From: Parcubacteria group bacterium RIFCSPLOWO2_01_FULL_48_18
Lineage (GTDB): Bacteria > Patescibacteriota > Minisyncoccia > UBA6257 > WO2-01-48-18
Assembly (NCBI GenBank): GCA_001824435.1
Contig: MHXH01000024.1
Span: 29,501 to 87,601 of the forward strand
Direction: 5' to 3'
DNA length: 58,101 nt
The stretch's first letter is position 1, and every line of letters begins with the position of its first letter. The notes beneath the pieces are model-generated. The model ran no database searches. It saw nothing but the letters and a program-made list of their open reading frames with translations, and was not told where the DNA came from. Shown one piece after another: positions 1 to 8,007 of the stretch. The translations under genes and the position numbers were made by a program.

Positions 1-162
1 AAGAATCAAAAATACCGACCGTCGCTTGTCGTAATTGAAACCCGAAAGAGAAAAGGAGCGCGGCCGTCAACGATAATCGATATTTCGTCGCAAGATATAA
101 AACTCATCCGCCGCGGAGTCATTCCGTTTAAAAGAATAACGGCGCTGTGGAAAAATCTTTGA
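1..162 (+). CDS. C-terminal fragment of a YrdC/Sua5-type threonylcarbamoyl-AMP synthase (gene runs off the left edge)
   Basis: Frame 1 is open from base 1 to TGA at 160-162. The translation ...RKGARPSTIIDISSQDIKLIRRGVIPFKRI resembles the PSTIVD...ILRxG C-terminal signature of YrdC-domain proteins. Only 53 codons are visible. Confidence 0.45.
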   Translation, partial: KNQKYRPSLVVIETRKRKGARPSTIIDISSQDIKLIRRGVIPFKRITALWKNL

Positions 163-222
163 CCGGTTGCTGTGCTATAGTATGCATAGATTATTTGTTA
201 TCGTCTGATCCGGGGAAAATGC

Positions 223-672
223 ATGGAAAAAAAGATGGATGTCACGATTGGAATTCTTCTCATCATCGGTGTTATATTATCCTTGCTCACGTTTTTCTTT
301 CTCGAACCAAAACCTGAAAAACTCATACCGATTTTCTTTGTACTTCTTCTCATGCGCGCCATACATGGAATTTTTAAGAGTTGGGGGCGGCGGAGAGCAA
401 TCCGCTTTTGCACGCTCGTATGCGACAATGAATTTGAGACCGCTTGGATGATACAAAATAAGTTTGGGGCCTTCGAGGCAGCGCGGCACTACAGAACCTT
501 ATGTGACTGCTATGGAGCGGAGGAAAAAGCGCATCCTGTTCTTCTCATGCTTGCAGAGCTGTTCGAATCAAAAAGACGTCTGACTGAAATCGAAGAAAAC
601 AAAATCCGGCAAAGGTACATAGAAAAGAAATCCGCTGAATTTGCCCCCGCATCAAAGTTCCAGCTTGTATAA
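223..672 (+). CDS. hypothetical small membrane protein
   Basis: 149-aa ORF with an ATG start and an N-terminal hydrophobic stretch (ILLIIGVILSLLTFFFL, IPIFFVLLLM). It is followed directly by an intrinsic terminator at 678-702. Confidence 0.55.
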   Translation: MEKKMDVTIGILLIIGVILSLLTFFFLEPKPEKLIPIFFVLLLMRAIHGIFKSWGRRRAIRFCTLVCDNEFETAWMIQNKFGAFEAARHYRTLCDCYGAEEKAHPVLLMLAELFESKRRLTEIEENKIRQRYIEKKSAEFAPASKFQLV

Positions 673-677
673 AAAGA

Positions 678-702
678 CCCCGCACCGCTGCGGGGATTTT
701 TT
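678..702 (+). terminator. rho-independent terminator
   Basis: Stem CCCCGCA (678-684) / TGCGGGG (689-695), 4-nt loop, then TTTTTT (697-702), starting 6 nt after the stop codon. Confidence 0.75.
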
Positions 703-781
703 CATCTTCAAACCGATGCGGAGTATTCCTTTCCGAACGATATAGCGAAAAACTCTATCCTTTATTTCTTACCTTACAGGA

Positions 782-845
782 GCGATTGCCGTAAGGGTTT
801 GAGCGATATAGCGAAGCGTCTAGCGAAAACCCTTGCGGCAATCGC
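782..845 (-). terminator. 18-bp-arm hairpin abutting the metK stop codon
   Basis: GCGATTGCCGTAAGGGTT (782-799) pairs with AACCCTTGCGGCAATCGC (828-845) with one G-U position. It begins at the metK TAG. There is no clear U-run, so terminator function is inferred. Confidence 0.4.
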
Positions 846-1909
846 TACAACCCCACTACCTCTTCCCACGAAAACCCTTCTCTACCGAAATGGCCGTACG
901 CCGCAGTCTTCTGGTAGATCGGCTGTCGGAGATTCAGCCGTTCGATAATCGCCTGTGGCCTAAAATCGAATTTTTCTCGGATCAGTTGAGATACATCTTT
1001 TTCGCCAAAGGTATCCGCGTGAACCATAAGCGGCTCGGCTCGTCCTATTGCATACGCAACAGAAACAAGACATTCTTTTGCATAACCGTTTGCAACCGCA
1101 TTCTTTGCTACAAACCGGCACATGTACGCTGCAGATCGATCAACTTTAGTCGGATCTTTCCCCGAAAACGCGCCTCCGCCGTGCGGCACAAGCCCGCAGT
1201 AGGTATCCACCATAAGTTTTCTGCCGGTGGCCCCCGTATCTCCATCAAAGCCGCCAACTACAAACCTGCCGGTAGGATTAACTAAAATCTCTACTCCGCT
1301 GATGTCTCCGATTACCGGTTCGATCAAGGCCTCGGTAAGAGCTTTTTTTATTTCTTCGATGGAAATAGTATCGTCATGTTGGGTTGAGACGAGAACTGTT
1401 TTTACTCTATCTTTTTCAAACGTTATTTGCGCTTTTCCGTCAGGTCGCAACCACGAAAATCTTTCATTTGTCTTACGAAGTTTGGCGAGTCCGGCAGTTA
1501 ACTTTTGGACAAGTACAACCGGCCGTGGCATATACTCCGGCGTTTCGTCGCTCGCATAACCATACATGATTCCCTGATCTCCTGCGCCTCCGGTATCAAC
1601 TCCTTGCGCGATATCCGGCGATTGCTGAACAACATCGGTTATGACGTTTAATGTACTCTGGTAACCGATTTCTCGATAGAGCTGTTGGCTGACCGTTGCA
1701 ATATCAACCGCCGCCTTGCTTGTTACTTCTCCGGCCACCGCAAAAATATTGTGCGACCCTAACACTTCAAGCGCAACTCGGCTTCCGGGATCTTGTTCCA
1801 AATACGCATCAAGCAAGGCATCTGCCGCCTGATCGCAGATTTTGTCCGGATGCCCCTCGGTTACCGACTCAACCGCAATAAAACGCTGTTCTCTCTTAAA
1901 AGAATCCAT
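845..1909 (-). CDS. metK: S-adenosylmethionine synthetase
   Basis: Motifs ESVTEGHPDKICDQ, GAGDQGIMYGYA and GGGAFSGKDPTKVDRSAAY are present. I place the start at the internal ATG (1909, MDSFKREQRF...) rather than the ORF-track start at 1951. Confidence 0.95.
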   Translation of the reverse strand: MDSFKREQRFIAVESVTEGHPDKICDQAADALLDAYLEQDPGSRVALEVLGSHNIFAVAGEVTSKAAVDIATVSQQLYREIGYQSTLNVITDVVQQSPDIAQGVDTGGAGDQGIMYGYASDETPEYMPRPVVLVQKLTAGLAKLRKTNERFSWLRPDGKAQITFEKDRVKTVLVSTQHDDTISIEEIKKALTEALIEPVIGDISGVEILVNPTGRFVVGGFDGDTGATGRKLMVDTYCGLVPHGGGAFSGKDPTKVDRSAAYMCRFVAKNAVANGYAKECLVSVAYAIGRAEPLMVHADTFGEKDVSQLIREKFDFRPQAIIERLNLRQPIYQKTAAYGHFGREGFSWEEVVGL

Positions 1910-2027
1910 ATACGATGTATGGTACGATAAATGATATCGTATGTAAACCACCCTGTGATATCGGCATTATTTTTACTTATCTTCTGATCAACAGATAAGC
2001 GAAGGTAGTAAAAATAGGAAAAAATAG

Positions 2028-2450
2028 ATGGATCAAAAGAAGGATGAAATTATTTTGCAAAAGAAACGCTATCATCCATATGTTGCTATTCTATGGATGC
2101 TTGCGTTTTGGGGATCGATTTTCTTTTTGCTTGGAGTAACCACTCCCGATCTAAAAGAGATGTACTTGAAAAACAAAGAACTAGAAACGGCACCTTCCCA
2201 AATTTATTTTCTTTTTACTCTATCGAGTGAATTTTTGAAACAGCCGCTTCTGCTTATTGCCGCCGCCACTTTCATTACGCTCGTCATCGGCTTTATCTTC
2301 TTAAGCGATCCCGAAGTCATCAGCCATGTGGTTAAACTTTTTTCACCGATTATCATTGTTGTAGCGGTATTCGTGATCGTTGTCATCGGAATGCCCATGC
2401 TCAAAATCGTGTATGAAATTGTGAGTTTATCAGAGGGATCCATGCAGTGA
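2028..2450 (+). CDS. hypothetical multi-pass membrane protein
   Basis: 140-aa ORF with three or four hydrophobic segments. No recognisable family. Confidence 0.55.
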   Translation: MDQKKDEIILQKKRYHPYVAILWMLAFWGSIFFLLGVTTPDLKEMYLKNKELETAPSQIYFLFTLSSEFLKQPLLLIAAATFITLVIGFIFLSDPEVISHVVKLFSPIIIVVAVFVIVVIGMPMLKIVYEIVSLSEGSMQ

Positions 2451-2495
2451 CGGGTTTTTGGTCCCTCCCGGACCTTCTTAAGTTATAATAACAAC

Positions 2496-3650
2496 GTGCA
2501 AAAGAGAAAGGAGCATAAAATCGTGATTCCATTTTCAAAAACCCGCGGCTCTGCCCTACCGTTCGTCATCGTACTCTTTGTGCTCGTTGTAGGAGCGGCG
2601 TTGTATTTTTCGTTCACCGTGCCAATCCATCAAGACGAGCAAGCGGCAACGTCAACACCCGCACCAGTTGAAGCTCCTGCCCCCACATCAACACCCGCAG
2701 ACGAAAGTAATACATCCGGCTTGCCCCCCAAAACTTTAGCGACGAAAGGCTGGAAAACTTATCGGAATGAGAAATATGGGTTTGAATTACGCTATCCGTC
2801 GGATTGGAATTTGAAAAACAATTCTCTAAGTTTTTCTGCCAAAAATGGATACGCATCGACTCTTGGAATCCAAGATATGGTGCCAACTATAAAGGATTTT
2901 ACAATTGACGAGATGCGAAAGGAATATGATAGAACAAGCGGTTACAACCCCAGAGCCCAAAAAGCAGCAGAAATCTTAAAAGATGTTTTTATCGGTAGCG
3001 AAGCCGGATTAGAATGGGCGACTATGGCATGCGAGCAAGGAAATCCATGTTATGCAAGATACGAGTTTTATAGCAATAGCACATGGAGAAAAGGCTTTAA
3101 ATTTTATTTAGTCATTCCGGATCTCAAAAATAGTGACGTAAGTTTTTCCACTTTCGATCCTCGTCCTCTTTTCTCGAATGAAGTTATGATTATCAAAAAC
3201 GTTCTCTCCACCTTCAAATTCTTTGAATTGGATTCTCCGACCGAATATTCAAACAAGCCAACGGTTATTATTGACTCGCTTGGTGCAGGTCAAAAAATTT
3301 CATTCCCATTTACACTATTTTTCCGAACAAACATCATAAGCACTAATTATTACAACGTGGGGCAGCAGCCAACCGGAAACATGTCGCTCTTTTTCGTTCT
3401 TTCGGATGAAAATAATACTGTGATCGCCGATGGAGCTCCGCCAGCGATCATCGAAGATCAAAATCTTATTGAAAATATGAATCGCGGAAAGTTATATGCG
3501 GGCAATGTTGCTCTTCAATATCAATACGGACTCCCTTATCCGACCACGCCAATGAAAGCAACTTTAAAAATATATGATAAGAGAACTGTGGGCATGTACT
3601 CTTCTGCCGAATTAGTACTCTCATTGCCTGTGGAAATTGAACGGTTTTAA
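2496..3650 (+). CDS. hypothetical secreted/anchored protein
   Basis: 384 aa with a GTG start, an N-terminal anchor (LPFVIVLFVLVVGAALYFSF), a Pro/Thr/Ala linker, then a WKTYRNEKYGFELRYPSDW-type globular domain. Confidence 0.6.
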   Translation: MQKRKEHKIVIPFSKTRGSALPFVIVLFVLVVGAALYFSFTVPIHQDEQAATSTPAPVEAPAPTSTPADESNTSGLPPKTLATKGWKTYRNEKYGFELRYPSDWNLKNNSLSFSAKNGYASTLGIQDMVPTIKDFTIDEMRKEYDRTSGYNPRAQKAAEILKDVFIGSEAGLEWATMACEQGNPCYARYEFYSNSTWRKGFKFYLVIPDLKNSDVSFSTFDPRPLFSNEVMIIKNVLSTFKFFELDSPTEYSNKPTVIIDSLGAGQKISFPFTLFFRTNIISTNYYNVGQQPTGNMSLFFVLSDENNTVIADGAPPAIIEDQNLIENMNRGKLYAGNVALQYQYGLPYPTTPMKATLKIYDKRTVGMYSSAELVLSLPVEIERF

Positions 3651-3740
3651 GAGACTCCCGTTATAACCTTAGTTCTGCCTGCCACATTTTATTGTGAGCG
3701 GGTTTTTCGTGGTACAATACAAAGTATTACAAATCATATA

Positions 3741-3775
3741 AATCCTAGGGCCTAGTGCCTAAATCCTAATGCCTA
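3741..3775. repeat. five tandem heptamers NNNCCTA
   Basis: The units are AATCCTA GGGCCTA GTGCCTA AATCCTA ATGCCTA. The last unit contains the ATG (3769) of the PfkB gene. Confidence 0.8.
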
Positions 3776-4884
3776 GCATCATCACCATCGGCACCGCAAC
3801 AAAAGACATATTCTTACAAAGCCCGCTTTTTAGAGTGGTAAAAGATCCGCATTTTACGGCGCGAGCAGGCTTCCCTACGGGCGAAGCAGAATGTTTTGCG
3901 CTTGGTTCCAAGGTCGAAATAGATACCATCACTTTTACCACCGGTGGCGGCGCGAGCAATGCTGCCGTTACATTCGCCCGACAAGGCATTAAGACAGCCT
4001 GTCTTGCCAAAATAGGAAATGACCAGGCGGGTAAGGATATTATTAAGGAATTAAAGCGTGAACGCATAACCCCGTTGACGATTAAGGACCGTGACTTGCC
4101 CACTGCATACTCTACTCTTTTGCTTGCGCCGAGCGGAGAACGGACCGTTCTTGTCTACCGGGGGGCATCAGAAGACTTACGCGAGCGCGATTTGCCGATG
4201 AACAGGCTGCGCGCCGCATGGGCATATGTCGTTCCCGGCGGCATTGAATATCGAACGACTAAAAAAATAATTGATCACCTGTACCGTAATGGTTCTCTTA
4301 TCGCATTTTCTCCCTCAAGCGCCTATCTGAAGATGGGGATGGATAAACTCAAGCCCCTCCTCAACAAAATGAAAGTAGTCGTATTAAATCGCGAAGAGGC
4401 CTCACTGCTTACAAAAGTCCATTATGATGATGAACGCGGCATCTTTAAAAAACTGGATGCGTTAATCGGAGGTATTGCAGTAATGACTGAAGGGCATAAA
4501 GGAGTTTTAGTTTCTGACGGCAAGCATATTTTTAAAGCCGGTATATTTCAAGAACGGCGTATCACAGACCGTACGGGCGCAGGAGACGCATTCGGTTCGG
4601 GATTCGTTGCCGCGCTTATCAAAAGAAGCAACCACTCGACTTCCCTCGACTCCGCTCGGGACAAGTCGCTCGGGGCAAGCCCCTCGGTCTCGCTTAGGGC
4701 AAGCCCCTCGGTTTCACTCGGGGCAAGCTTTGAAAAAGATGATATAATTGAAGCAATACGGCTTGCGAGCGCAAATGCCACGTCGGTCGTCGAATACATC
4801 GGCGCTAAAGAGGGAATATTGACGGCGAGGGATTTTAAACACAGGAGATGGTGGGAGCTGGATGTTCATATAGCAAAGGTTTGA
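3769..4884 (+). CDS. PfkB-family carbohydrate/ribokinase-like kinase with an internal repeat insertion
   Basis: It has the GG dipeptide region (TTGGGASNAAV) and the C-terminal anion-hole motif DRTGAGDAFGSGFVAAL. About 39 extra residues are inserted after that motif. Confidence 0.85.
   Translation: MPSIITIGTATKDIFLQSPLFRVVKDPHFTARAGFPTGEAECFALGSKVEIDTITFTTGGGASNAAVTFARQGIKTACLAKIGNDQAGKDIIKELKRERITPLTIKDRDLPTAYSTLLLAPSGERTVLVYRGASEDLRERDLPMNRLRAAWAYVVPGGIEYRTTKKIIDHLYRNGSLIAFSPSSAYLKMGMDKLKPLLNKMKVVVLNREEASLLTKVHYDDERGIFKKLDALIGGIAVMTEGHKGVLVSDGKHIFKAGIFQERRITDRTGAGDAFGSGFVAALIKRSNHSTSLDSARDKSLGASPSVSLRASPSVSLGASFEKDDIIEAIRLASANATSVVEYIGAKEGILTARDFKHRRWWELDVHIAKV
4666..4728 (+). repeat. 2.6 copies of a 24-nt GC-rich tandem repeat, in frame inside the PfkB gene
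   Basis: The units are TCGCTCGGGGCAAGCCCCTCGGTC / TCGCTTAGGGCAAGCCCCTCGGTT / TCACTCGGGGCAAGC. They encode SLGASPSV SLRASPSV SLGAS, and each unit holds a GGGGC-AA-GCCCC mini-hairpin. Confidence 0.9.
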
Positions 4885-4949
4885 AAACGTGCCTACGGGC
4901 AAAACCTCAAATCGTGAATTTCAAAGTCTAAATTCTAGATTCATCAATC

Positions 4950-6188
4950 ATGGACGCATTAGAAAAAATAGCTACATCTTTGCGTACGGCCCCGGACGTA
5001 CTGAAACGATTTACCGAGATACTTGCGCATAAAAGCGCTCGGCCGAGCGTTATCGAGAAGATTCTCGAAGAAAACCATGCACTTATCCAACAACGTCTCT
5101 CGATTCTCGGCCTTCGAAATGAACAGCCGAATCCCAAGTTCGTTTTCGAATCACTATTCGCAAAACTCAAAACCGACGACTCAAAAATATTCTATATCTT
5201 GGGCGAGCCGCGGTATCTAAAAATGGAATCCTATGCAAAGGTATTCGAGCTCTCCCGCGATATCAGCGGCGCAAAAACAGGTTTTTTCCTCAAAAAAGAA
5301 CGAGCCGTTGATTTCTTAAAAAAAGAACCTCCGCGGATTACCATCAATAGCCTGGGATACGGCAGCGTTGAAGAATTCCTCGAAGGAGAAAACATATTCG
5401 AAATTTACAGCGCCTTGCGATTTCTTGAAAACCGCGACTGGCTCAATAAAGTGTTCTTTAAACAGTACGAAGCTCTGACTCCGGATGATTTTGAGGAACG
5501 CGCTATTGAAACCATTGTCCTTTCGGAAAAATGGAGCGAGCCCGCGCAATACTTCCTGCGTAAAAAATATATGAACGTCGGTCATCTCAAAGAACTCGGT
5601 CTTATTTACGTGATTCCGTGGACTATTGATGTGCCGGGAGAAAGCATCCGCCTGTTCGGCCTCTTGAGTCATTATTTCCACGAAATCGATTTTTACGCTT
5701 CTCTGTTCAGGAAATCGGCGGCGCAAAACAGAAACAAATTCAGCAGCGACGTCATTTCTTTGCTTAGAGGAGACGTTGCGGCGCGGGTGCCGGAAGGAAA
5801 CTATTGGCTCATTATCCAACGCTACCTGGCGCGGGATGACGAAAACGATTGGCGCCTCGCGTACCCGCACGTTAACCCGGAGGCCATTCATTGGAGCAAA
5901 GCACAGGATGATATTGCGTCGTTGGGAGAAAAATTCAATTTGCCGGAACTGATGTTCTGGAAGAATCTCGACTGGGTAGGAAATCAATTCGACAAAAAGA
6001 GCAAATTCGTCAGTTTCAATCTGATGGATACGACGACATCGATACTCAAAGAAGCAGAAGGGATTACGTATACCTATCATCACGGAGAGGCGTTATGGAA
6101 CAAGATTTTTAGAGAATATCTAGGTCCCGATATGCTGGAAGAATATATAAAAGAGCACATCATCGATGGATACTTTGCCGTGAATTAA
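4950..6188 (+). CDS. conserved hypothetical protein, paralog A of a tandem pair
   Basis: 412 aa, colinear with the next ORF. Shared blocks are SALRF(L/M)E, TPDDFEER, HLKE(L/F)G, HYFHE(I/V)(D/E)FYA, LLRGDV, NPE(A/S)(I/M)HW and EALW(N/T)KIF. No family recognised. Confidence 0.8.
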   Translation: MDALEKIATSLRTAPDVLKRFTEILAHKSARPSVIEKILEENHALIQQRLSILGLRNEQPNPKFVFESLFAKLKTDDSKIFYILGEPRYLKMESYAKVFELSRDISGAKTGFFLKKERAVDFLKKEPPRITINSLGYGSVEEFLEGENIFEIYSALRFLENRDWLNKVFFKQYEALTPDDFEERAIETIVLSEKWSEPAQYFLRKKYMNVGHLKELGLIYVIPWTIDVPGESIRLFGLLSHYFHEIDFYASLFRKSAAQNRNKFSSDVISLLRGDVAARVPEGNYWLIIQRYLARDDENDWRLAYPHVNPEAIHWSKAQDDIASLGEKFNLPELMFWKNLDWVGNQFDKKSKFVSFNLMDTTTSILKEAEGITYTYHHGEALWNKIFREYLGPDMLEEYIKEHIIDGYFAVN

Positions 6189-6194
6189 AAATTA

Positions 6195-6227
6195 GAATTT
6201 GGAATTTGGTCCGCCAGCTGGCGGATG
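6195..6227. repeat. 33-bp element with a 16-bp perfect palindrome core, copy 1
   Basis: GAATTTGGAATTTGGTCCGCCAGCTGGCGGATG. The core TCCGCCAGCTGGCGGA lies at 6210-6225. This is the exact reverse complement of 19585-19617. Confidence 0.95.
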
Positions 6228-6247
6228 AACTTAGGATTTAAAGTATT

Positions 6248-7477
6248 ATGAGCTCCAAGTATCTTGGAAAAATCTTAGAGGTAGACAGCGCATTGCTTGA
6301 GTCGCTCGATAAAAAGATGGCCTCGGCGACCGGCCGGGAGAGGATTTTGGATACAATCGCCGAAGAAAACCAAGGCCTTATCAAGAAAGCGCTTGAGGTG
6401 TTAAATTCCGGGATTGTCCATTCCGCCGATGAAATAGCACAACTGCTTCAAAATGCGATCGTTGTCCATGAAAAACAGTTGTTAAGTTTTCTTGAAATTG
6501 TTGAAGGTGGCAACGAGTTTGAAAAAGCCGCCAATCTTGCTCGAAAAATCGCGCGCGTCGGAAACGGTTTTTTCCTTAAACGAGAATTTGCCCGAAAGAT
6601 TTTTCTCCAGTGCCGGCCGGAGAATCTTTTAAAGCATCTCGGCTATGCGACCGTCGAGCATATGCTCGCAAGAGAGGACGTTATTGAAGCATTCAGCGCC
6701 TTGAGGTTTATGGAATCGCAGGAATGGATGCATAAAACATTTGAAGCGGCGTATTCCATTTTTACACCGGATGACTTTGAAGAGCGGCCGATCGAAATCA
6801 AGGTATTAGGACCTCAATGGCGCGAGGTTGCGGAAAGATTTGTCGCAAAAAAACATCATAACGTGAGCCATCTTAAGGAATTCGGCGTAATATTTCTCAA
6901 TCCAATCAAAGAGGACCTGGAAGGTAAATTCCTGCGTGATTTTGCGCTGCTGCTCCATTATTTCCATGAAGTCGAATTTTACGCGAAGCTGTTTAAAAAA
7001 CATTCAGCCGCTCCTGATTTTTCTACCCATCTCAAGGCGCTCTTACGAGGAGATGTGAAGGAAGCGCAAAAAACAGAGGCGGGGGAATGGTTCATTGTTC
7101 AACGATATTTATGGAAGGAAAATTCTTCTGATCCCCGCCTTTTTCTGCCGAGAATTAACCCTGAATCAATGCACTGGGCGCGGGGAGAACGGGATCTGAC
7201 AACGTTCGGCGCCCGCGAAGACCGATTAGCGGTTGAATTTTGGAACAACTACGACTGGGTGGCGGATTACTTTGATCACCAAAACGAGTTGGTCAGTTTT
7301 GACTTGGAAGATAATGCCATGTCGCTCGTATCTACAAAAGAGGGAAAGAACGAACGTTTCACCTATCACCAACGAGAGGCGCTGTGGACCAAGATTTTCC
7401 AAGAATATGCAGGGGGAGAAGTCGAAATGGAACGGTTGCTTATAGAAAATTTCGACAAGGGGATGATAAAATTTTAA
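6248..7477 (+). CDS. conserved hypothetical protein, paralog B of a tandem pair
   Basis: 409 aa with full-length similarity to 4950..6188. Confidence 0.8.
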   Translation: MSSKYLGKILEVDSALLESLDKKMASATGRERILDTIAEENQGLIKKALEVLNSGIVHSADEIAQLLQNAIVVHEKQLLSFLEIVEGGNEFEKAANLARKIARVGNGFFLKREFARKIFLQCRPENLLKHLGYATVEHMLAREDVIEAFSALRFMESQEWMHKTFEAAYSIFTPDDFEERPIEIKVLGPQWREVAERFVAKKHHNVSHLKEFGVIFLNPIKEDLEGKFLRDFALLLHYFHEVEFYAKLFKKHSAAPDFSTHLKALLRGDVKEAQKTEAGEWFIVQRYLWKENSSDPRLFLPRINPESMHWARGERDLTTFGAREDRLAVEFWNNYDWVADYFDHQNELVSFDLEDNAMSLVSTKEGKNERFTYHQREALWTKIFQEYAGGEVEMERLLIENFDKGMIKF

Positions 7478-7515
7478 CCCAGTCTTAAGACTGGAGCTTC
7501 CGGGTTGTAACAGGG
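7478..7515. repeat. hairpin plus CCGGGTTGTAAC-tail element
   Basis: The perfect palindrome CCAGTCTTAAGACTGG (7479-7494) is followed by CCGGGTTGTAACAGGG (7500-7515). It starts 1 nt after the stop codon of 6248..7477. Confidence 0.75.
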
Positions 7516-7635
7516 TGAATTATATGATGGCCCGGTTACATACTACCGAGAAAATCTACTTCAGTTAACGGAAGAACAAAAGAAAGCAATGGATGCGGCT
7601 TATAAAAAAGAGCTTGGAGCATTTTTAAGGCAAGA

Positions 7636-7659
7636 GACGACCCCGTAGTCGTCCTTTTT
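7636..7659 (+). terminator. rho-independent terminator
   Basis: GACGAC (7636-7641) / GTCGTC (7648-7653), 6-nt loop, then CTTTTT. Confidence 0.6.
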
Positions 7660-7715
7660 GTTGATGATTCATTATCAATGAGATTAGATTCAGAAACCGG
7701 TCTCTGGAGAGCCGG

Positions 7716-7931
7716 TTATCTATTCGTTTTTTCTTCCTTGGTAGAATTATTTCGATTCCATGCTTTGAAATTGAGGGATAAAGCGAGAGTCATAGTCCCT
7801 ACCGCAAACATACCAACAAGGGGGATTGAAAGTAGTATGGTATTTTTCATGAACGCTGAAATAAATGTAAAAACTGGAAAGATGATCGCTAAAAGCGAAA
7901 GAAGAAACAAGCATACACGCAGGACTTGCAT
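7716..7931 (-). CDS. hypothetical small two-helix membrane protein
   Basis: 71 aa with two hydrophobic helices (VCLFLLSLLAIIFPVFTFISAF, LLSIPLVGMFAVGTMTLALSL) and a charged C-terminus. The overlapping + strand ORF looks like a shadow. Confidence 0.4.
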   Translation of the reverse strand: MQVLRVCLFLLSLLAIIFPVFTFISAFMKNTILLSIPLVGMFAVGTMTLALSLNFKAWNRNNSTKEEKTNR

Positions 7932-8007
7932 ATAACCACTCCTATTTTTATGTGGGGGGTTCTAGTGGTTAATGTAGCATATTTTTGATGTGTTGCACAA
8001 GGGCAGA

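Noticed and set aside
159-181. TTGACC ... TATAGT promoter upstream of 223..672
   Set aside because: The spacer between the hexamers is only about 11 nt, too short for a sigma70-type promoter.
5316-6083. Long antisense ORFs from the track: 5316..6083(-), 14346..14945(-), 16671..17120(-), 20586..21026(-), 21571..22074(-), 45382..46083(+), 51830..52477(+) and others
   Set aside because: Each lies wholly inside a conserved or repeat-structured gene on the other strand. Their translations are low-complexity or biased (R/S/F-rich) with no motifs, so they are typical shadow ORFs.
7511-7648. 45-codon open frame (...DGPVTYYRENLLQLTEEQKKAMDAAYKKELGAFLRQETTP) ending inside the 7636-7659 terminator
   Set aside because: There is no ATG, GTG or TTG start in frame after the preceding stop. 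It is possibly a gene remnant but is not supportable as a CDS.
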